Origin: Acidimicrobiaceae bacterium
GTDB lineage: Bacteria; Actinomycetota; Acidimicrobiia; Acidimicrobiales; Aldehydirespiratoraceae
Assembly: GCA_018699415.1 (NCBI GenBank)
Contig: JABIQM010000086.1
Location: 2,449 to 66,448, forward strand
Length of the DNA stretch: 64,000 bases
Reading direction: 5' to 3'
Shown here piece by piece: positions 53,443 to 63,572 of this stretch (positions within the stretch are counted from its first letter, which is position 1; every line of letters starts with the position of its first letter). The notes beneath the pieces were generated by a model, which was given only the letters and a program-made list of their open reading frames with translations, was not told where the DNA came from and searched no databases. Made by a program: the position numbers and the translations under genes.

Positions 53443-55737
53443 ATGCTTGATGCTGCTTTTCTGATCCCCGCGTTCCCATTGCTGGGTTTTGTCGCGATCT
53501 TGTTCTTTGGTCGCAAACTTGGTGAGCCGGGGGCGGGTTGGTTAGCCACGTTGGCGATGGGTGGCTCGTTTGCCTCCGCCGTGGTCGTGTTCTTTGGTCT
53601 GGTCAACGAGCCAGCAGAAGAACGCCGCTTCGTGCAGACGTTGTGGGAGTGGGTGCCCGCCGGCGACTTCTCCGTCGACGTCGGCTTCCTGGTCGATCCG
53701 TTGTCGGTCACGATGACGCTGTTCATCACTGGCGTTGGTGCCCTGATCCATCTGTACTCGATTGCCTACATGCACGGCGACAAGAACTTCTCGAAGTTCT
53801 TCCTTTACTTGAACCTGTTCGCCTTCTCCATGTTGATGTTGGTGCTGGGTGACAACATGCTCATCACGTTCCTTGGTTGGGAAGGCGTGGGCGCTTGTTC
53901 GTACTTCCTGATCTCGTTCTGGTTTACCGACGAGGCCAATGCGTCTGCGGGTAAGAAGGCGTTTGTCACCAACCGAATCGGTGACTGGGGCTTCATGGTC
54001 GCCATGTTCCTCACCTTCACCACAATCGGGTCAATTCAGTACGTTGACCTGCTCGGCAACGCCAGCACGCTTACCCAGAACACGGCCACGGCAATCACCG
54101 TCTTGTTGTTCGTGGGTGCGGCTGGTAAGTCCGCTCAGATTCCGCTCTACGTATGGCTGCCCGATGCGATGGCTGGCCCCACGCCAGTTTCGGCGCTGAT
54201 TCATGCTGCCACGATGGTCACCTCCGGCGTCTATTTGTTGACTCGCGTCAACCCGGTGATTGCTGAGTCGGCTGCCTGGGCCCCGTCCATGATCGCCTGG
54301 GTTGGTGCGGGTACAGCCTTGTTCGCGGCCACTGTTGCGGTTGCGCAGAACGACATCAAGAAGGTTCTTGCGTACTCCACCGTGAGCCAGCTTGGCTATA
54401 TGTTCTTGGCTGTCGGCACAGGCGCGTATGTTGCCGCCATCTTTCACATGGTCACTCATGCCTTTTTCAAGGCGCTTTTGTTCCTTGGCTCTGGTTCGGT
54501 CATTCACGGCATGGACAACGATCAGGACATGCGCCACTACGGCGGGCTGCAGAAGTTGATGCCGATCACATCGATCACGTTCATCATCGGCTGGCTCGCC
54601 ATCGCTGGTGTTCCGCCGTTCGCCGGGTTCTGGTCGAAGGATGAAATCCTCGCCTACGCCTATGAAGAAAACGTCGCGCTCTGGGCCATCGGCCTCCTCA
54701 CCGCGATCCTCACCGCTTTCTATATGAGTCGCCAAGTTTTCATGACCTTCTTCGGTCGTTATCGGTTCGCTGACGTGCGTTCGGAGGAGATTGCTGAGAT
54801 CTGGCAGGGCCGCATTGCTCTCGCTGAAGCAGCGCTCGTTGATGCTGAGTCTGAAATCGGAAGTGCCGAGGACGGCATAACCAAGGCCGAGGAGAAGCTG
54901 GCTAAAGCGCAAGAGAAGCTTGAGCAGCGTCAGACGGAGATGGCTGAGGTCGACCAAGCCGATGAGAAAGCTGCCGATAAGGCCACTAAGAATCTTGAGA
55001 AGGCGAACGATGGTGTCGTCAAGGCCCAGATGTCTGTCGACGAAGTCGTGGTATCGGTCGATGAGGCTCGTACCTCTGTGATGCAAGCTCGCCTCGATGT
55101 CGAGTCGATCGTCAACGCTGCTGCTGCTGGTGGGGACGACCTCGACGGTGTCTCCGAAGATGATCTTCCCCCCGCGGTGCGAGCGCGCCGTGAGTACCAC
55201 CCCCACGAGTCGCCGTGGCAGATGACGTTTCCACTGGTCGTGCTTGCCGGTGCGGCGGTGGTGGCGGGAGTGATGAACCTTCCGTTCAGCAGCGATCTCC
55301 ACTTCTTGGGTGACTGGCTCAAGCCATCCACGTTTGGCAATGAGGCTCACCTCAGTTCTGGTGGAGGCACCCTCTGGGTCCTCGCCATCATCGCTGTGGC
55401 CGGTGGCATCGCTGGCATCGCCGCTGCGGTCGCCGTGTATCTCAAAGGCCGGTATCCGGCCGAGAAGATCGAGTTGCCGATTCTTGAACAGGCCTGGCGT
55501 TTCGATCAGACCATCAGCGATTTCATGGGTGGCCCCGGACGCAAGGGCTTTGAACGTGTCGCCTGGTTCGATGCCAGGTTCATCGATGGTGCCGTCAATG
55601 GTGCCGGACGTCTGGTCAGAGAAGGTGGCGGCCAGTTGCGAAGGCTCCAGACTGGCCTTGTGCGTTCCTATGCCGCCTTGGTAGCGGTTGGCGCTGTTGG
55701 CCTCCTTGCCTGGTTCCTCACAAGGACGACGATCTGA
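53443..55737 (+). CDS. nuoL: NADH-quinone oxidoreductase subunit L, unusually long (764 aa) because of a coiled-coil insertion
   Basis: GWEGVGACSY, KSAQIPLYVWLPDAMAGPTPVSALIHAATMV and FWSKDEIL antiporter-like signatures. An extra acidic helical segment at residues ~443-585 precedes the HESPW motif. Confidence 0.95.
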   Translation: MLDAAFLIPAFPLLGFVAILFFGRKLGEPGAGWLATLAMGGSFASAVVVFFGLVNEPAEERRFVQTLWEWVPAGDFSVDVGFLVDPLSVTMTLFITGVGALIHLYSIAYMHGDKNFSKFFLYLNLFAFSMLMLVLGDNMLITFLGWEGVGACSYFLISFWFTDEANASAGKKAFVTNRIGDWGFMVAMFLTFTTIGSIQYVDLLGNASTLTQNTATAITVLLFVGAAGKSAQIPLYVWLPDAMAGPTPVSALIHAATMVTSGVYLLTRVNPVIAESAAWAPSMIAWVGAGTALFAATVAVAQNDIKKVLAYSTVSQLGYMFLAVGTGAYVAAIFHMVTHAFFKALLFLGSGSVIHGMDNDQDMRHYGGLQKLMPITSITFIIGWLAIAGVPPFAGFWSKDEILAYAYEENVALWAIGLLTAILTAFYMSRQVFMTFFGRYRFADVRSEEIAEIWQGRIALAEAALVDAESEIGSAEDGITKAEEKLAKAQEKLEQRQTEMAEVDQADEKAADKATKNLEKANDGVVKAQMSVDEVVVSVDEARTSVMQARLDVESIVNAAAAGGDDLDGVSEDDLPPAVRARREYHPHESPWQMTFPLVVLAGAAVVAGVMNLPFSSDLHFLGDWLKPSTFGNEAHLSSGGGTLWVLAIIAVAGGIAGIAAAVAVYLKGRYPAEKIELPILEQAWRFDQTISDFMGGPGRKGFERVAWFDARFIDGAVNGAGRLVREGGGQLRRLQTGLVRSYAALVAVGAVGLLAWFLTRTTI

Positions 55738-57368
55738 TGACTTCCCTTCTTGCCGCAGAGGCGGGCACCGCAGCGGTCTCGTTCCCCGTCCTGACCGCGA
55801 TGGTCTTGACGCCGTTCCTTGGTGCGATTTTTCTGCTTGTTCTGCCCAACAACCGTCCTGAGTACTTCAAGCAGGTTGCCTTCCTGGTTTCAGCCCTCAC
55901 CGCGGCGATGACCGGTTGGGTCATGATTGAGTTCGATAAGGCCCATGCGGCCACGTTCCAGTTCGTTGATCAGTTCGAGTGGATCGAATCTCTCGGGATT
56001 TCCTGGGCCCTTGGTCTCGACGGGATCTCGTTGTGGCTGGTGGTGCTGACGGGGGCCCTGTTCCCGATTGTGATTCTGGCGCTCGACGCCGAGCATTCGC
56101 CGAAGCCTTACTACGCATGGATCCTTGTTCTTCAGGCCGGCTGTATGGGCGTCTTCTTGGCGCTCGATCTTTTCGCTTTCTTTGTGTTCTTCGAGATCGT
56201 GCTCGTGCCCATGTACTTCCTCATCGGCCAGTGGGGCCATGGTGAGCGGGCCTACGCTGCGACCAAGTTCTTCATCTACACGATGATGGGCTCGGCTCTC
56301 ATGCTCGTGGGCATCATCTCGACCGCTGTCATTACCGCGAATACCACTGGTAACGATCTCACCTTTGGTTTGATCGAACTCGCCGAAGCGCAGGCGTTGG
56401 CGACCAATACGGCTCGCTGGGTATTCCTCAGCTTTGCTCTCGCCTTTGCGGTGAAGGTTCCGCTGTTTCCACTCCACACCTGGCTGCCCGACGCCCACAC
56501 CAATGCGCCAACCGCGGGCTCGGTGATTCTTGCCGGTGTGATGCTGAAACTCGGCACGTACGGCTTCCTCCGCTTCGGCATCTATCTGTTCCCCGAAGCG
56601 GCCGTCTACTTCGCTTCGTGGCTCGTGGCTCTCGGCACGATCGGCATCATCTACGGCGCCGTCGCCGCCACCATGCAACGCGACCTGAAACGACTGGTCG
56701 CGTATTCGTCGGTTGCGCACCTCGGCTTCATCGCGATCGGCACCTTTGCCCTCAATACCGAGGGCATTGAGGGTGGCCTACTCCAGATGGTCAACCATGG
56801 TGTCTCCACTGGCGCGTTGTTCCTCCTGGTCGGCATGATCTATGAGCGACGCCACACCCGTGAAATCTCGGAGCTCGGTGGCTTACAGAAGCCAGCGCCG
56901 ATACTGGCGGGCGTCTTCATGGTCGTCATGTTGTCGTCGGTCGGCCTTCCGGGTCTCAACGGCTTCGTCGGCGAGTTCCTTACCCTGATCGGTGCCTTCG
57001 CCGCCCACCGTTGGTGGGCTGTTGTGGCTGCGTCGGGCGTGATCATCGCTGCCCTCTATCTCCTCTGGGCCTACCAGCGGGTATTCCACGGCTCAGCCGA
57101 GGGCGACAACGCCACGATGCCTGACCTCACCGTTCGCGAAGGTCTCACCATGGTGCCGTTCCTGGTCGCCATCGTGTTCATGGGCGTTTACCCCAAGCCG
57201 GTGATTGAACGCATGGAACCGGCGGTCGATGCCTTGGTTGCTCATGTTGAGACTCACGTCGAAGGCTTCGAGGAGCCGGTGGCGGACATCGCACCTCATG
57301 TCGAGTTGGAGGATCTCTCCAAGCTGGGCACTGATGGACACGGTGAAGAAGACGGAGAGCACGACTGA
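55737..57368 (+). CDS. nuoM: NADH-quinone oxidoreductase subunit M
   Basis: 543 aa. KVPLFPLHTWLPDAHTNAPTAGSVILAGVMLKLGTYG signature. Confidence 0.95.
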   Translation: MTSLLAAEAGTAAVSFPVLTAMVLTPFLGAIFLLVLPNNRPEYFKQVAFLVSALTAAMTGWVMIEFDKAHAATFQFVDQFEWIESLGISWALGLDGISLWLVVLTGALFPIVILALDAEHSPKPYYAWILVLQAGCMGVFLALDLFAFFVFFEIVLVPMYFLIGQWGHGERAYAATKFFIYTMMGSALMLVGIISTAVITANTTGNDLTFGLIELAEAQALATNTARWVFLSFALAFAVKVPLFPLHTWLPDAHTNAPTAGSVILAGVMLKLGTYGFLRFGIYLFPEAAVYFASWLVALGTIGIIYGAVAATMQRDLKRLVAYSSVAHLGFIAIGTFALNTEGIEGGLLQMVNHGVSTGALFLLVGMIYERRHTREISELGGLQKPAPILAGVFMVVMLSSVGLPGLNGFVGEFLTLIGAFAAHRWWAVVAASGVIIAALYLLWAYQRVFHGSAEGDNATMPDLTVREGLTMVPFLVAIVFMGVYPKPVIERMEPAVDALVAHVETHVEGFEEPVADIAPHVELEDLSKLGTDGHGEEDGEHD

Positions 57369-59065
57369 TGCTTGCCCAACTAGACAACGTGCCCGTTGAG
57401 ACGCCGGAAATCGTCTGGGCGGGACTGCTCCCGCTCCTGATCCTGTCCGCTGGGGCCTTGCTGCTGGTGATGTTTCGCTCGGTGGTGAAGCGACTACCTG
57501 ACGACATTGAACCGTATTTGGTCACCGCCGTCGGCCCCCTCACCGTTCTTGGCATGTGGTTCGCAGCTGGATTCGCCGGCACCGAGGCTCCACTCGCTGC
57601 TGTTCGTGACGACATCGGCGACCCGGTGTTCTTTTTCGGCTTTGTCCTCGTGATGGCAGTAGCTGGCTCGCTTGTCCGAACGATGGAGATCGGGCTGGAC
57701 GCTGCGGTCACCGCCGGCCTCGGCTTCGCAGCGTTTGCTGCAACCTGGGGCCTATGGGATGACCGTTGGCAAGTTGACGGACCGTTTAACGCCATTGGCG
57801 ATCAGTTCTCGGTTGACGGCTTTGGACTTGTCTTCTCGGGGGTGCTCGCCGCCTCGGTGGTGCTCGTTGCCTTCCTGCTCGACGAATATCTGCGCCGCGA
57901 GGATCTCGACGGACCTGAGATGTACATCCTCATGTTGTTGTCGGCCGCGGGCGGCATCGTGATGTCCGGCGCCAATGACCTGATCGTGATCTTCCTCGGC
58001 CTCGAAACCCTTTCGATTGCCGTGTATGTCATGGCCGCCATGCACAACCGACGAACCGAGTCTCAAGAGGCCGGTCTCAAGTATTTCGTGCTCGGCGCCT
58101 TCGCGTCTGCCTTCCTGCTGTATGGCATCTCGTTCACCTACGGAGCTACCGGGTCGACCAACCTGCTCAACATCCAATCATTCCTGCGCTCGGGCCAACT
58201 CACCGAGAACGGCTTGCTTATGGCGGCGTTTGGCCTCCTCCTGGTCGGCTTCGGCTTCAAGGTCGCGGCCGTGCCATTTCACGCATGGACACCTGACGTC
58301 TACCAAGGTGCGCCCACCCCGGTCGTGGCTTTCATGGCATCGGCAGTCAAGGCAGCCGGGTTTGCTGCATTGCTCCGTGTCTTCATGCTTGGCTTCTTTA
58401 GTCATGTCGATGACTGGCGCCCAGCGGTCGGCGCTCTTGCCGTGCTCACCCTCGTGGTGGGTTCGGTCATGGCCATCGTGCAAAGCGATATCAAGCGCAT
58501 GCTCGCCTACTCCTCGATCAGCCACGCAGGCTTCATTCTTGTTGGCGTGCACGCAGCCTCATTGGCTGGCATCAATTCCGTTGCCTTCTACGCCGTTGCC
58601 TACACGTTCCTTGTCATCGGCAGCTTCGGTGTGCTCACGGTGGTGTCGGGCACAGGTGACAGGGCGACGTCGCTTGATGACCTCAATGGAATGGCAAAGC
58701 GCCGTCCGGCACTGGCCTTCGTCTTCACAGTCTTCTTGCTCGCTCAGGCCGGCGTGCCGCTCACGGCCGGGTTTGTGGCCAAGTTCGAAGTGATCAGGGC
58801 GGCCGTTGACGGCAAGTTCTACTGGCTTGCGGTGGTGGCTATGCTCACGGCCGTAGTATCAGCCTTCTTGTACCTGCGGATTGTGTTGTCGATGTACCTG
58901 GGCACGCAGGATGAGAATGCTGCCGATCTTGGCGATTCGGTCCCCAAGGCAGCGGCTCTGGCGATCGGTATTGCGTTTGTGGTGACCATCGGCTTGGGGA
59001 TCTTGCCTGGACCGCTCAGCGGTCTCGTTGGCGATGCTCTTCCTGCCCTGTCCGGAGCGGGCTGA
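57368..59065 (+). CDS. nuoN: NADH-quinone oxidoreductase subunit N
   Basis: 565 aa. FKVAAVPFHAWTPDVYQGAPTPVVAFMA signature. Confidence 0.95.
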   Translation: MLAQLDNVPVETPEIVWAGLLPLLILSAGALLLVMFRSVVKRLPDDIEPYLVTAVGPLTVLGMWFAAGFAGTEAPLAAVRDDIGDPVFFFGFVLVMAVAGSLVRTMEIGLDAAVTAGLGFAAFAATWGLWDDRWQVDGPFNAIGDQFSVDGFGLVFSGVLAASVVLVAFLLDEYLRREDLDGPEMYILMLLSAAGGIVMSGANDLIVIFLGLETLSIAVYVMAAMHNRRTESQEAGLKYFVLGAFASAFLLYGISFTYGATGSTNLLNIQSFLRSGQLTENGLLMAAFGLLLVGFGFKVAAVPFHAWTPDVYQGAPTPVVAFMASAVKAAGFAALLRVFMLGFFSHVDDWRPAVGALAVLTLVVGSVMAIVQSDIKRMLAYSSISHAGFILVGVHAASLAGINSVAFYAVAYTFLVIGSFGVLTVVSGTGDRATSLDDLNGMAKRRPALAFVFTVFLLAQAGVPLTAGFVAKFEVIRAAVDGKFYWLAVVAMLTAVVSAFLYLRIVLSMYLGTQDENAADLGDSVPKAAALAIGIAFVVTIGLGILPGPLSGLVGDALPALSGAG

Positions 59066-59069
59066 ACAT

Positions 59070-59540
59070 ATGGATGATCCCACTGTTGGCTCTGGCGGCG
59101 CTGACTCCGAGTTGCCGATTAGCTGGGACGAAGCCCGAGAGATCGTTGTGGTTGTCTTGTTGACGGCGGCCGTGCTTCGCGTGTTGTCGCCATTTCTGGG
59201 CTATCTCGATGCGGGAGTGGGGGGAGCGCTCGCCGATGACATTGCTGAGGTCACGCGCAACGCGGATGTCTTCACCGGCATCTTGTTGCTTGGGGCGGGT
59301 TGTCTGGTTGCCACAACGCCTCGGGTCGATGTCGTGCCGGCACTTCGACGAGCTGGGGTTTTCATCGCCACGGCCGTGGCGATGATGGCCGGATGGGCGC
59401 TGGTGGTCGAGCTCACTCGAGCGTCGGGGTCAGGAATGCTGGGCCGATTGCAGTCGGTGTTTGGGCGGAGCGGCCCGGGGCTGCTTCTGGCCGCAACAAG
59501 CGCCTGGCTCGCTCGGCGCGTCATCCCCTTCGGAAATTAG
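59070..59540 (+). CDS. hypothetical membrane protein downstream of nuoN
   Basis: Track ORF 59028-59540 trimmed to the ATG at 59070, after the nuoN stop. 156 aa with 3-4 hydrophobic helices. No motif recognised. Confidence 0.45.
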   Translation: MDDPTVGSGGADSELPISWDEAREIVVVVLLTAAVLRVLSPFLGYLDAGVGGALADDIAEVTRNADVFTGILLLGAGCLVATTPRVDVVPALRRAGVFIATAVAMMAGWALVVELTRASGSGMLGRLQSVFGRSGPGLLLAATSAWLARRVIPFGN

Positions 59541-59826
59541 CCTCGGCGCCAGCCGCAGAATGAATGCGTGTCCGGCGATAACGAAGGAGCTAGCGGTGGC
59601 ACCCTGAGTCCGAGGTGATCAGCTCGCAGCGCCCTCTGTCAGCGGGTATCTGCCGGGGATGAAGGAGTGGTGCGCCCCATGGCTGAGAGAGCCTGTAAAA
59701 ACTTGGTCGAAAACCCGCTACCCGATCACGGTGAAGCGCTCTAGTCGGGGGTAGCCTTTCGGCGCTGGGAAAGGTGCTGTCCCCGGCATTGTTCTGCCCA
59801 AAATTAGCTGGTTAGGCTCTTCATTC

Positions 59827-60192
59827 GTGTCGGATTTTCTCCGTAGCTATCTCACAGTTGGAATCTTTGGCCTTGTTGGCGTCGCCCTTGTTGGGGTGTT
59901 CCTTGGCTTGGGCCGAATTCTGCGTCCTGACCACCCCAACGCCGCCAAGAATGAGGCGTACGAGTCTGGGGTTGAGCCCACCGGCGACATGTGGTCACAG
60001 GCCAACATCCGCTACTACGTGTTCGCCCTTCTCTTCGTCATGTTCGACGTTGAGGCAGTTTTCATCTTCCCGTGGGCTGCGCGTCTCGAGGCCTACGCAG
60101 TCTTTGGTCTGGTCGAGATGGCGATCTTCATCTTCATCCTGCTGCTTGGGCTCATCTACGCCTGGCGTAAGGGAGTGCTCAAGTGGGTCTAG
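59827..60192 (+). CDS. nuoA: NADH-quinone oxidoreductase subunit A, second copy
   Basis: 121 aa with a GTG start. YESG...[23 protein letters not shown] signature. Confidence 0.9.
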   Translation: MSDFLRSYLTVGIFGLVGVALVGVFLGLGRILRPDHPNAAKNEAYESGVEPTGDMWSQANIRYYVFALLFVMFDVEAVFIFPWAARLEAYAVFGLVEMAIFIFILLLGLIYAWRKGVLKWV

Positions 60193-60683
60193 TCGAATCG
60201 GGAAAGATCGGTGGCGGGCTGCAATCGCTGCTGAACATGAGCCGCAAGTACTCGATGTGGGTGTACCAGTGGGGCCTCGCATGCTGCGCCATCGAGATGG
60301 GCGCGGCCTTTGCATCACCTCGCTATGACGTGATGCGTCTCGGCGTTATTCCGCTGCCTGCCAGTCCCCGGCAGGCCGACCTTCTGGTTGTGTCGGGCAC
60401 CGTCACCGACAAGATGGCGCCCTCGGTCAAGCGTCTCTATGAGCAGATGCCTGAGCCGAAGTACGTGATCTCCATGGGTTCGTGCGCCAACTGCGGCGGC
60501 CCCTACTGGGACAGCTATAGCGTTACCAAGGGTGTCGACCAGATTGTGCCGGTCGATGTTTACGTGCCTGGCTGCCCACCCCGCCCTGAAGCTTTGCTCG
60601 AGGGGATTGTGCTTCTGCAGGAGCGTATTCAGAACGAAGACATGGCTGAGCGTTGGAGGGGTGAGCCGATTGTCATCGACTGA
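60183..60683 (+). CDS. nuoB: NADH-quinone oxidoreductase subunit B, second copy
   Basis: 166 aa. [20 protein letters not shown] and PGCPP motifs. Confidence 0.9.
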   Translation: MGLVESGKIGGGLQSLLNMSRKYSMWVYQWGLACCAIEMGAAFASPRYDVMRLGVIPLPASPRQADLLVVSGTVTDKMAPSVKRLYEQMPEPKYVISMGSCANCGGPYWDSYSVTKGVDQIVPVDVYVPGCPPRPEALLEGIVLLQERIQNEDMAERWRGEPIVID

Positions 60684-61356
60684 TGCCTCAACGGAACAAG
60701 ACGCCAGTCCCGCTACCGATGCGGCGCGCGACGAGATCGTCGCTCGCTTCGCGGCCCATCTCGGAGACGGTCTTCTCGAGTCTCATGTTGTGCCTGACGT
60801 TGACATCTGGCTGCGCGTTTCACGCGAGTCGTGGCGTGAGGCTGCCGAGTTTGCCAAGAACGGTCTCGGCTTCGCGTACTTCAGCTTTTTGGGCGGCATC
60901 GATTGGATGCCTTCTCCGTTTGGTCGAGAAATGGACTCGCAGATCGACATTACTCTCGGCAACGACGAAGCCAGCAAAATCGATCAGACCATCGAGCAAG
61001 GCATCGCCGGCGGTGAGACCCGCTTTCAGGTATTCGCCCGTGTCAACGACATCGTCAACGGGCTTGGCATCACGCTGAAGGTCGATCTTGCTGACGACGA
61101 CCTCAGTGTTGACAGCTGGGTTTCCGTCTACCCGGGCGCCAACTGGCACGAGCGCGAGGCGTGGGAGATGTACGGCTTCTCGTTCAATGATCATCCTGGC
61201 CTGCGCGCTCTGTATCTGCCTTCAGATTTTGAGGGCCACCCGTTGCGCAAGGACTATCCGCTGTTGGCGCGCCGCATGAAGCCGTGGCCTGGCATCGTTG
61301 ACGTCGAGCAGATGCCCGGCGAAGGCGACGATGAGGATGGAGCGAGCAGTGACTGA
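60661..61356 (+). CDS. nuoC: NADH-quinone oxidoreductase subunit C, second copy (start uncertain)
   Basis: Track ORF 60532-61356 trimmed to the in-frame GTG at 60661, near the nuoB stop. [19 protein letters not shown]...HPLRKDYP signature. Confidence 0.8.
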   Translation: MSRLSSTDASTEQDASPATDAARDEIVARFAAHLGDGLLESHVVPDVDIWLRVSRESWREAAEFAKNGLGFAYFSFLGGIDWMPSPFGREMDSQIDITLGNDEASKIDQTIEQGIAGGETRFQVFARVNDIVNGLGITLKVDLADDDLSVDSWVSVYPGANWHEREAWEMYGFSFNDHPGLRALYLPSDFEGHPLRKDYPLLARRMKPWPGIVDVEQMPGEGDDEDGASSD

Positions 61357-62527
61357 AGCCGCCCTTAGTAATCGCGCGCAGTTGAGCTATATCGCCGCCC
61401 AGGCTGCCGACGCACGCGTCAATGTGGAACTCGAAACCGAGGGCATGACCCTCAACATCGGCCCGCAGCACCCGGCCACGCACGGTACCCTTCGCATCAT
61501 CGCCAAGCTTGACGGCGAGCAGGTTGTCGCCGTCGACCCGGTGATGGGCTACATGCACCGCGGTTACGAAAAGTTGGCCGAGGTTCGGACATACCCGCAG
61601 GTCACCACACTGATCAACCGCATCGATTGGGTTGGCAGTTTCGCCAACGAGGTGCCGTTCATCCTCGCTGCTGAACGACTGATGGAAGTCGAAGCACCGC
61701 CTCGGGCTCAGTGGATCCGCACGATCCTGTTCGAGATGAGCCGCATCGCCAACATCACCTTGTTCCTCGGGGACATGGGTTTGCAGGTTGGCGCGGTGAC
61801 ACCAGCGTTCTTTGCGTTCCGTGACCGCGAGCACGTCCTCAACCTGATCGAAGCGGTCACCGGTGGCCGCTTCCATCCCAACTTTGACCGCATCGGTGGC
61901 CTCAAGGATGACCTACCCGCAGGGTGGATCACGGAGACCCGCCGGGTCATGAAGAAGATGCGCCAGTATTGTGATGAGATCGAAACCCTCGTCGAGGGCA
62001 ACGAGATTTTCCAGGCCCGTACCCGCGGCATTGGCGTTATTCCTGCCCACATTGGCCTCAGCTACGGCCTCTCTGGCGCCAACATTCGTGGCTCTGGCGT
62101 CGATTGGGACGTGCGTCGCGACAGCCCCTGCGGCATGGTGCACAACGAGACCGATTGGAAGGTCTGGACTCATCCCGACGGCGACTCGTTCGCCCGGTTC
62201 TGGGTGCGTTTGCAGGAGACCCGCGAGAGCACTCGGATCATCGATCAGCTCATCGACAATATTCCGTCGGGGCCGATCATGGCCAAGGTGCCGCGAATCA
62301 TCAAGGTGCCCGCCGGTGAGGCATACGTCGAGACGGAGAACCCGCTGGGCGTCATGGGCTATTACGTGATCTCCAAAGGCGAGCTCGTCCCGTATCGCGT
62401 GAAGATCCGGTCTGCGTCGTTCAACAACATCTCGATCACGCCTTGGCTGCTCAAGGGCGTCTATGTGCCTGACATCATCACGATTCTGGGTTCGCTGTAC
62501 TTCATCTTGGGAGACATCGACCGGTGA
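61331..62527 (+). CDS. nuoD: NADH-quinone oxidoreductase subunit D, second copy (start 61331, 61337 or GTG 61349)
   Basis: NIGPQHPATHGTLRI, GYMHRGYEK, and C-terminal [13 protein letters not shown]. Confidence 0.9.
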   Translation: MRMERAVTEAALSNRAQLSYIAAQAADARVNVELETEGMTLNIGPQHPATHGTLRIIAKLDGEQVVAVDPVMGYMHRGYEKLAEVRTYPQVTTLINRIDWVGSFANEVPFILAAERLMEVEAPPRAQWIRTILFEMSRIANITLFLGDMGLQVGAVTPAFFAFRDREHVLNLIEAVTGGRFHPNFDRIGGLKDDLPAGWITETRRVMKKMRQYCDEIETLVEGNEIFQARTRGIGVIPAHIGLSYGLSGANIRGSGVDWDVRRDSPCGMVHNETDWKVWTHPDGDSFARFWVRLQETRESTRIIDQLIDNIPSGPIMAKVPRIIKVPAGEAYVETENPLGVMGYYVISKGELVPYRVKIRSASFNNISITPWLLKGVYVPDIITILGSLYFILGDIDR

Positions 62528-63564
62528 GCGCGTCTCTCAATATCCTCGGCGAACTCTCGTACTGGCAGCAGACTGGCATCCGTGTTGGCGCTGGCCTGGC
62601 GGCGGTGTTGCTCATCGCTGGCACCTTGGTGTACCTGCATCTGTTCAAGCTGGTGTCGTTTATGCAGAGCCGGCTCGGCCCAATGGAGGCGGGCCCGTTT
62701 GGTTCGCTCCAGCTGCTGGCTGAGGTTGGCAAGTTTCTACAAAAAGAAGACATTTTTCCCCGGAAAGCCGACAGGTTTGTTTTCGCTGCCGCACCGTTCG
62801 TTGTGCTCATGTCGACGTTCCTGCTCGTGGTCGTTGTGCCCGGTGGTCCTGATGCGTGGTTCATCGATACCGAGCTCGGTATCTATCTGGCCATGGCGGT
62901 GTCATCGGTTTCGGTCATCGGGATTCTCATGGCTGGTTGGGGCTCGGCCTCGAAGTATTCGATGCTCGGTGGCTTGCGTGCTACGGGCCAGCTGATCGCC
63001 TACGAGCTTCCCTTAATCCTGGCTGTGCTCGGCGTGGTCATTCAGGCCGGCACCATGAACATGCAGGGCATTGTTTACGCCCAGGCCGAGGGTTCAATCT
63101 TTGGTTGGGACGGCATTGGTAACCCCTACATTCTCACCCAGGGTGTGGCCTTTTTGATCTTCATGGTCGCCATGCAGGCAGAGCTCACGCAGGCGCCGTT
63201 CGATATGCCGATCGCGGAGTCCGAGCTCGTGTCGGGTTACATGACTGAGTATTCGGGCATGCGGTTCCTGCTCTTCTTCATCGGTGAGTTCGCCACCGCA
63301 GGCGTTTTCTCCGCCATTGCCGCCGTGCTCTTCCTTGGCGGCTGGTCGATTCCGGGCATTGACCCCAACGACAACATCATGAACGTCCTCGGGCCGCTCG
63401 TGATGCTTGTGAAGATTGTCGGACTCACGTTCGTTGTCTTCTGGGCCCGCTTTACGTTCCCTCGCTTCCGCGAAGACCAGCTCCAAAAGCTGGCATGGAA
63501 GGTTCTCATTCCGCTCGCTCTCACCAACATCGTGGTGACGGGCATTCTCAAGGTCGCTTTCTAG
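62524..63564 (+). CDS. nuoH: NADH-quinone oxidoreductase subunit H, second copy
   Basis: 346 aa. [34 protein letters not shown] and [12 protein letters not shown]. 4-nt overlap with nuoD, so there is no nuoEFG in between. Confidence 0.9.
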   Translation: MSASLNILGELSYWQQTGIRVGAGLAAVLLIAGTLVYLHLFKLVSFMQSRLGPMEAGPFGSLQLLAEVGKFLQKEDIFPRKADRFVFAAAPFVVLMSTFLLVVVVPGGPDAWFIDTELGIYLAMAVSSVSVIGILMAGWGSASKYSMLGGLRATGQLIAYELPLILAVLGVVIQAGTMNMQGIVYAQAEGSIFGWDGIGNPYILTQGVAFLIFMVAMQAELTQAPFDMPIAESELVSGYMTEYSGMRFLLFFIGEFATAGVFSAIAAVLFLGGWSIPGIDPNDNIMNVLGPLVMLVKIVGLTFVVFWARFTFPRFREDQLQKLAWKVLIPLALTNIVVTGILKVAF

Positions 63565-63572
63565 GACATCGC

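Noticed and set aside
54031-55350. 439-aa minus-strand ORF inside nuoL, and similar antisense ORFs at 11102-12388, 21245-22027, 33337-34302, 47760-48632 and 55890-56720
   Set aside because: All overlap plus- or minus-strand genes that have strong family signatures, and none shows any motif of its own. I treat them as shadow ORFs.
59028-59069. Upstream start (59028) for the post-nuoN hypothetical gene
   Set aside because: It would overlap the 3' end of nuoN by 38 nt. The ATG at 59070, just after the nuoN stop, is more parsimonious.
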